Source: a virus (Duplodnaviria; Caudoviricetes). Taken from it: a DNA stretch of 64,000 bases. Below are positions 63,562-64,000 of the stretch, piece by piece. The first letter of the stretch is position 1; each line of letters opens with the position of its first letter. The position numbers were made by a program, and so were the translations under genes. The stretch covers positions 64,001 to 128,000 of IMG/VR virus record IMGVR_UViG_3300029288_001872. The stretch is one strand, 5' to 3'. The notes below the pieces were generated by a model. The model had not been told where the DNA came from and did no database searches. It worked only from the letters and a program-made list of their open reading frames with translations.

Positions 63562-63866
63562 ATTCATGGATAGATGATTTAATTGTGTTTTTAATGGGAG
63601 TTTTCGCTTTGCTTTTATGTGTTGCTATCTTTGCTTTACCAATAGAATATTATTCGGCCAAAAGTAAAATAGCTGAATACAAATCAGTCCAAACTACTTT
63701 GGAAAACGCTCGTGAAAATAAAAATGCTAATCCTTATGAAATCGCCGCTATCCAACAAAAAGTAGTGGATAGCAATAAATGGTTGGCTAATAAACAATAT
63801 TGGAATGATACTATTTTAGGTTGGTATATTCCTGACGAAGTTGATGATTTGAAGCCGATAAGGTAA
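63558..63866 (+). CDS. Membrane-anchored hypothetical protein
   Basis: N-terminal TM helix; coupled to the upstream gene. Confidence 0.7.
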   Translation: MNSWIDDLIVFLMGVFALLLCVAIFALPIEYYSAKSKIAEYKSVQTTLENARENKNANPYEIAAIQQKVVDSNKWLANKQYWNDTILGWYIPDEVDDLKPIR

Positions 63867-64000
63867 ATTATGAACATTCTATGTAAAAGTTGTGGTGATC
63901 CCATCAACCATCTTTCCCTTTTGTTGAAAGGAGAAGAAGTTTTTGGCAATGGTTCTGCAACCAATGAAGGAGATTGCCTATCTTGCTACTTCATCAAGAA

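Noticed and set aside
1-64000. Alternative genetic code (stop-codon reassignment)
   Set aside because: Long conserved genes translate intact in code 11, and TAA, TGA and TAG all occur as genuine stops.

Overview
This is an AT-rich 64-kb segment of a large tailed-phage genome, with no host housekeeping genes. From left to right it contains: (1) a packaging module on the - strand, with a small terminase and a large terminase (missed by the ORF track) that carries a 226-aa mini-intein inside Walker A; (2) a long + strand run of small genes; (3) a compositionally distinct, promoter- and repeat-rich putative early region (~11.3-26.3 kb) with an amidoligase/glutamine-amidotransferase pair split by a 28-unit palindromic tandem array, TATC/GATA tracts and strong CGCG enrichment; (4) three TnpB-only IS200/IS605 elements with intact RuvC motifs; (5) a tRNA-Arg(UCU); and (6) a replication module (primase, adenine methylase, initiator-like gene with internal iterons, SF2 helicase, DnaB-like helicase). 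The standout is an apparently complete phage-encoded ubiquitin-like conjugation system at 42.0-47.6 kb. Its core is coiled-coil-E2, JAB protease, ThiF/E1 and a ubiquitin-like protein ending in Gly-Gly-Ala. It also has two Cys-Cys ubiquitin-like domains lacking GG, and six E2-like paralogues in total across the window, all retaining the putative catalytic Cys. All family calls come from motif recognition by eye; no database searches were run.
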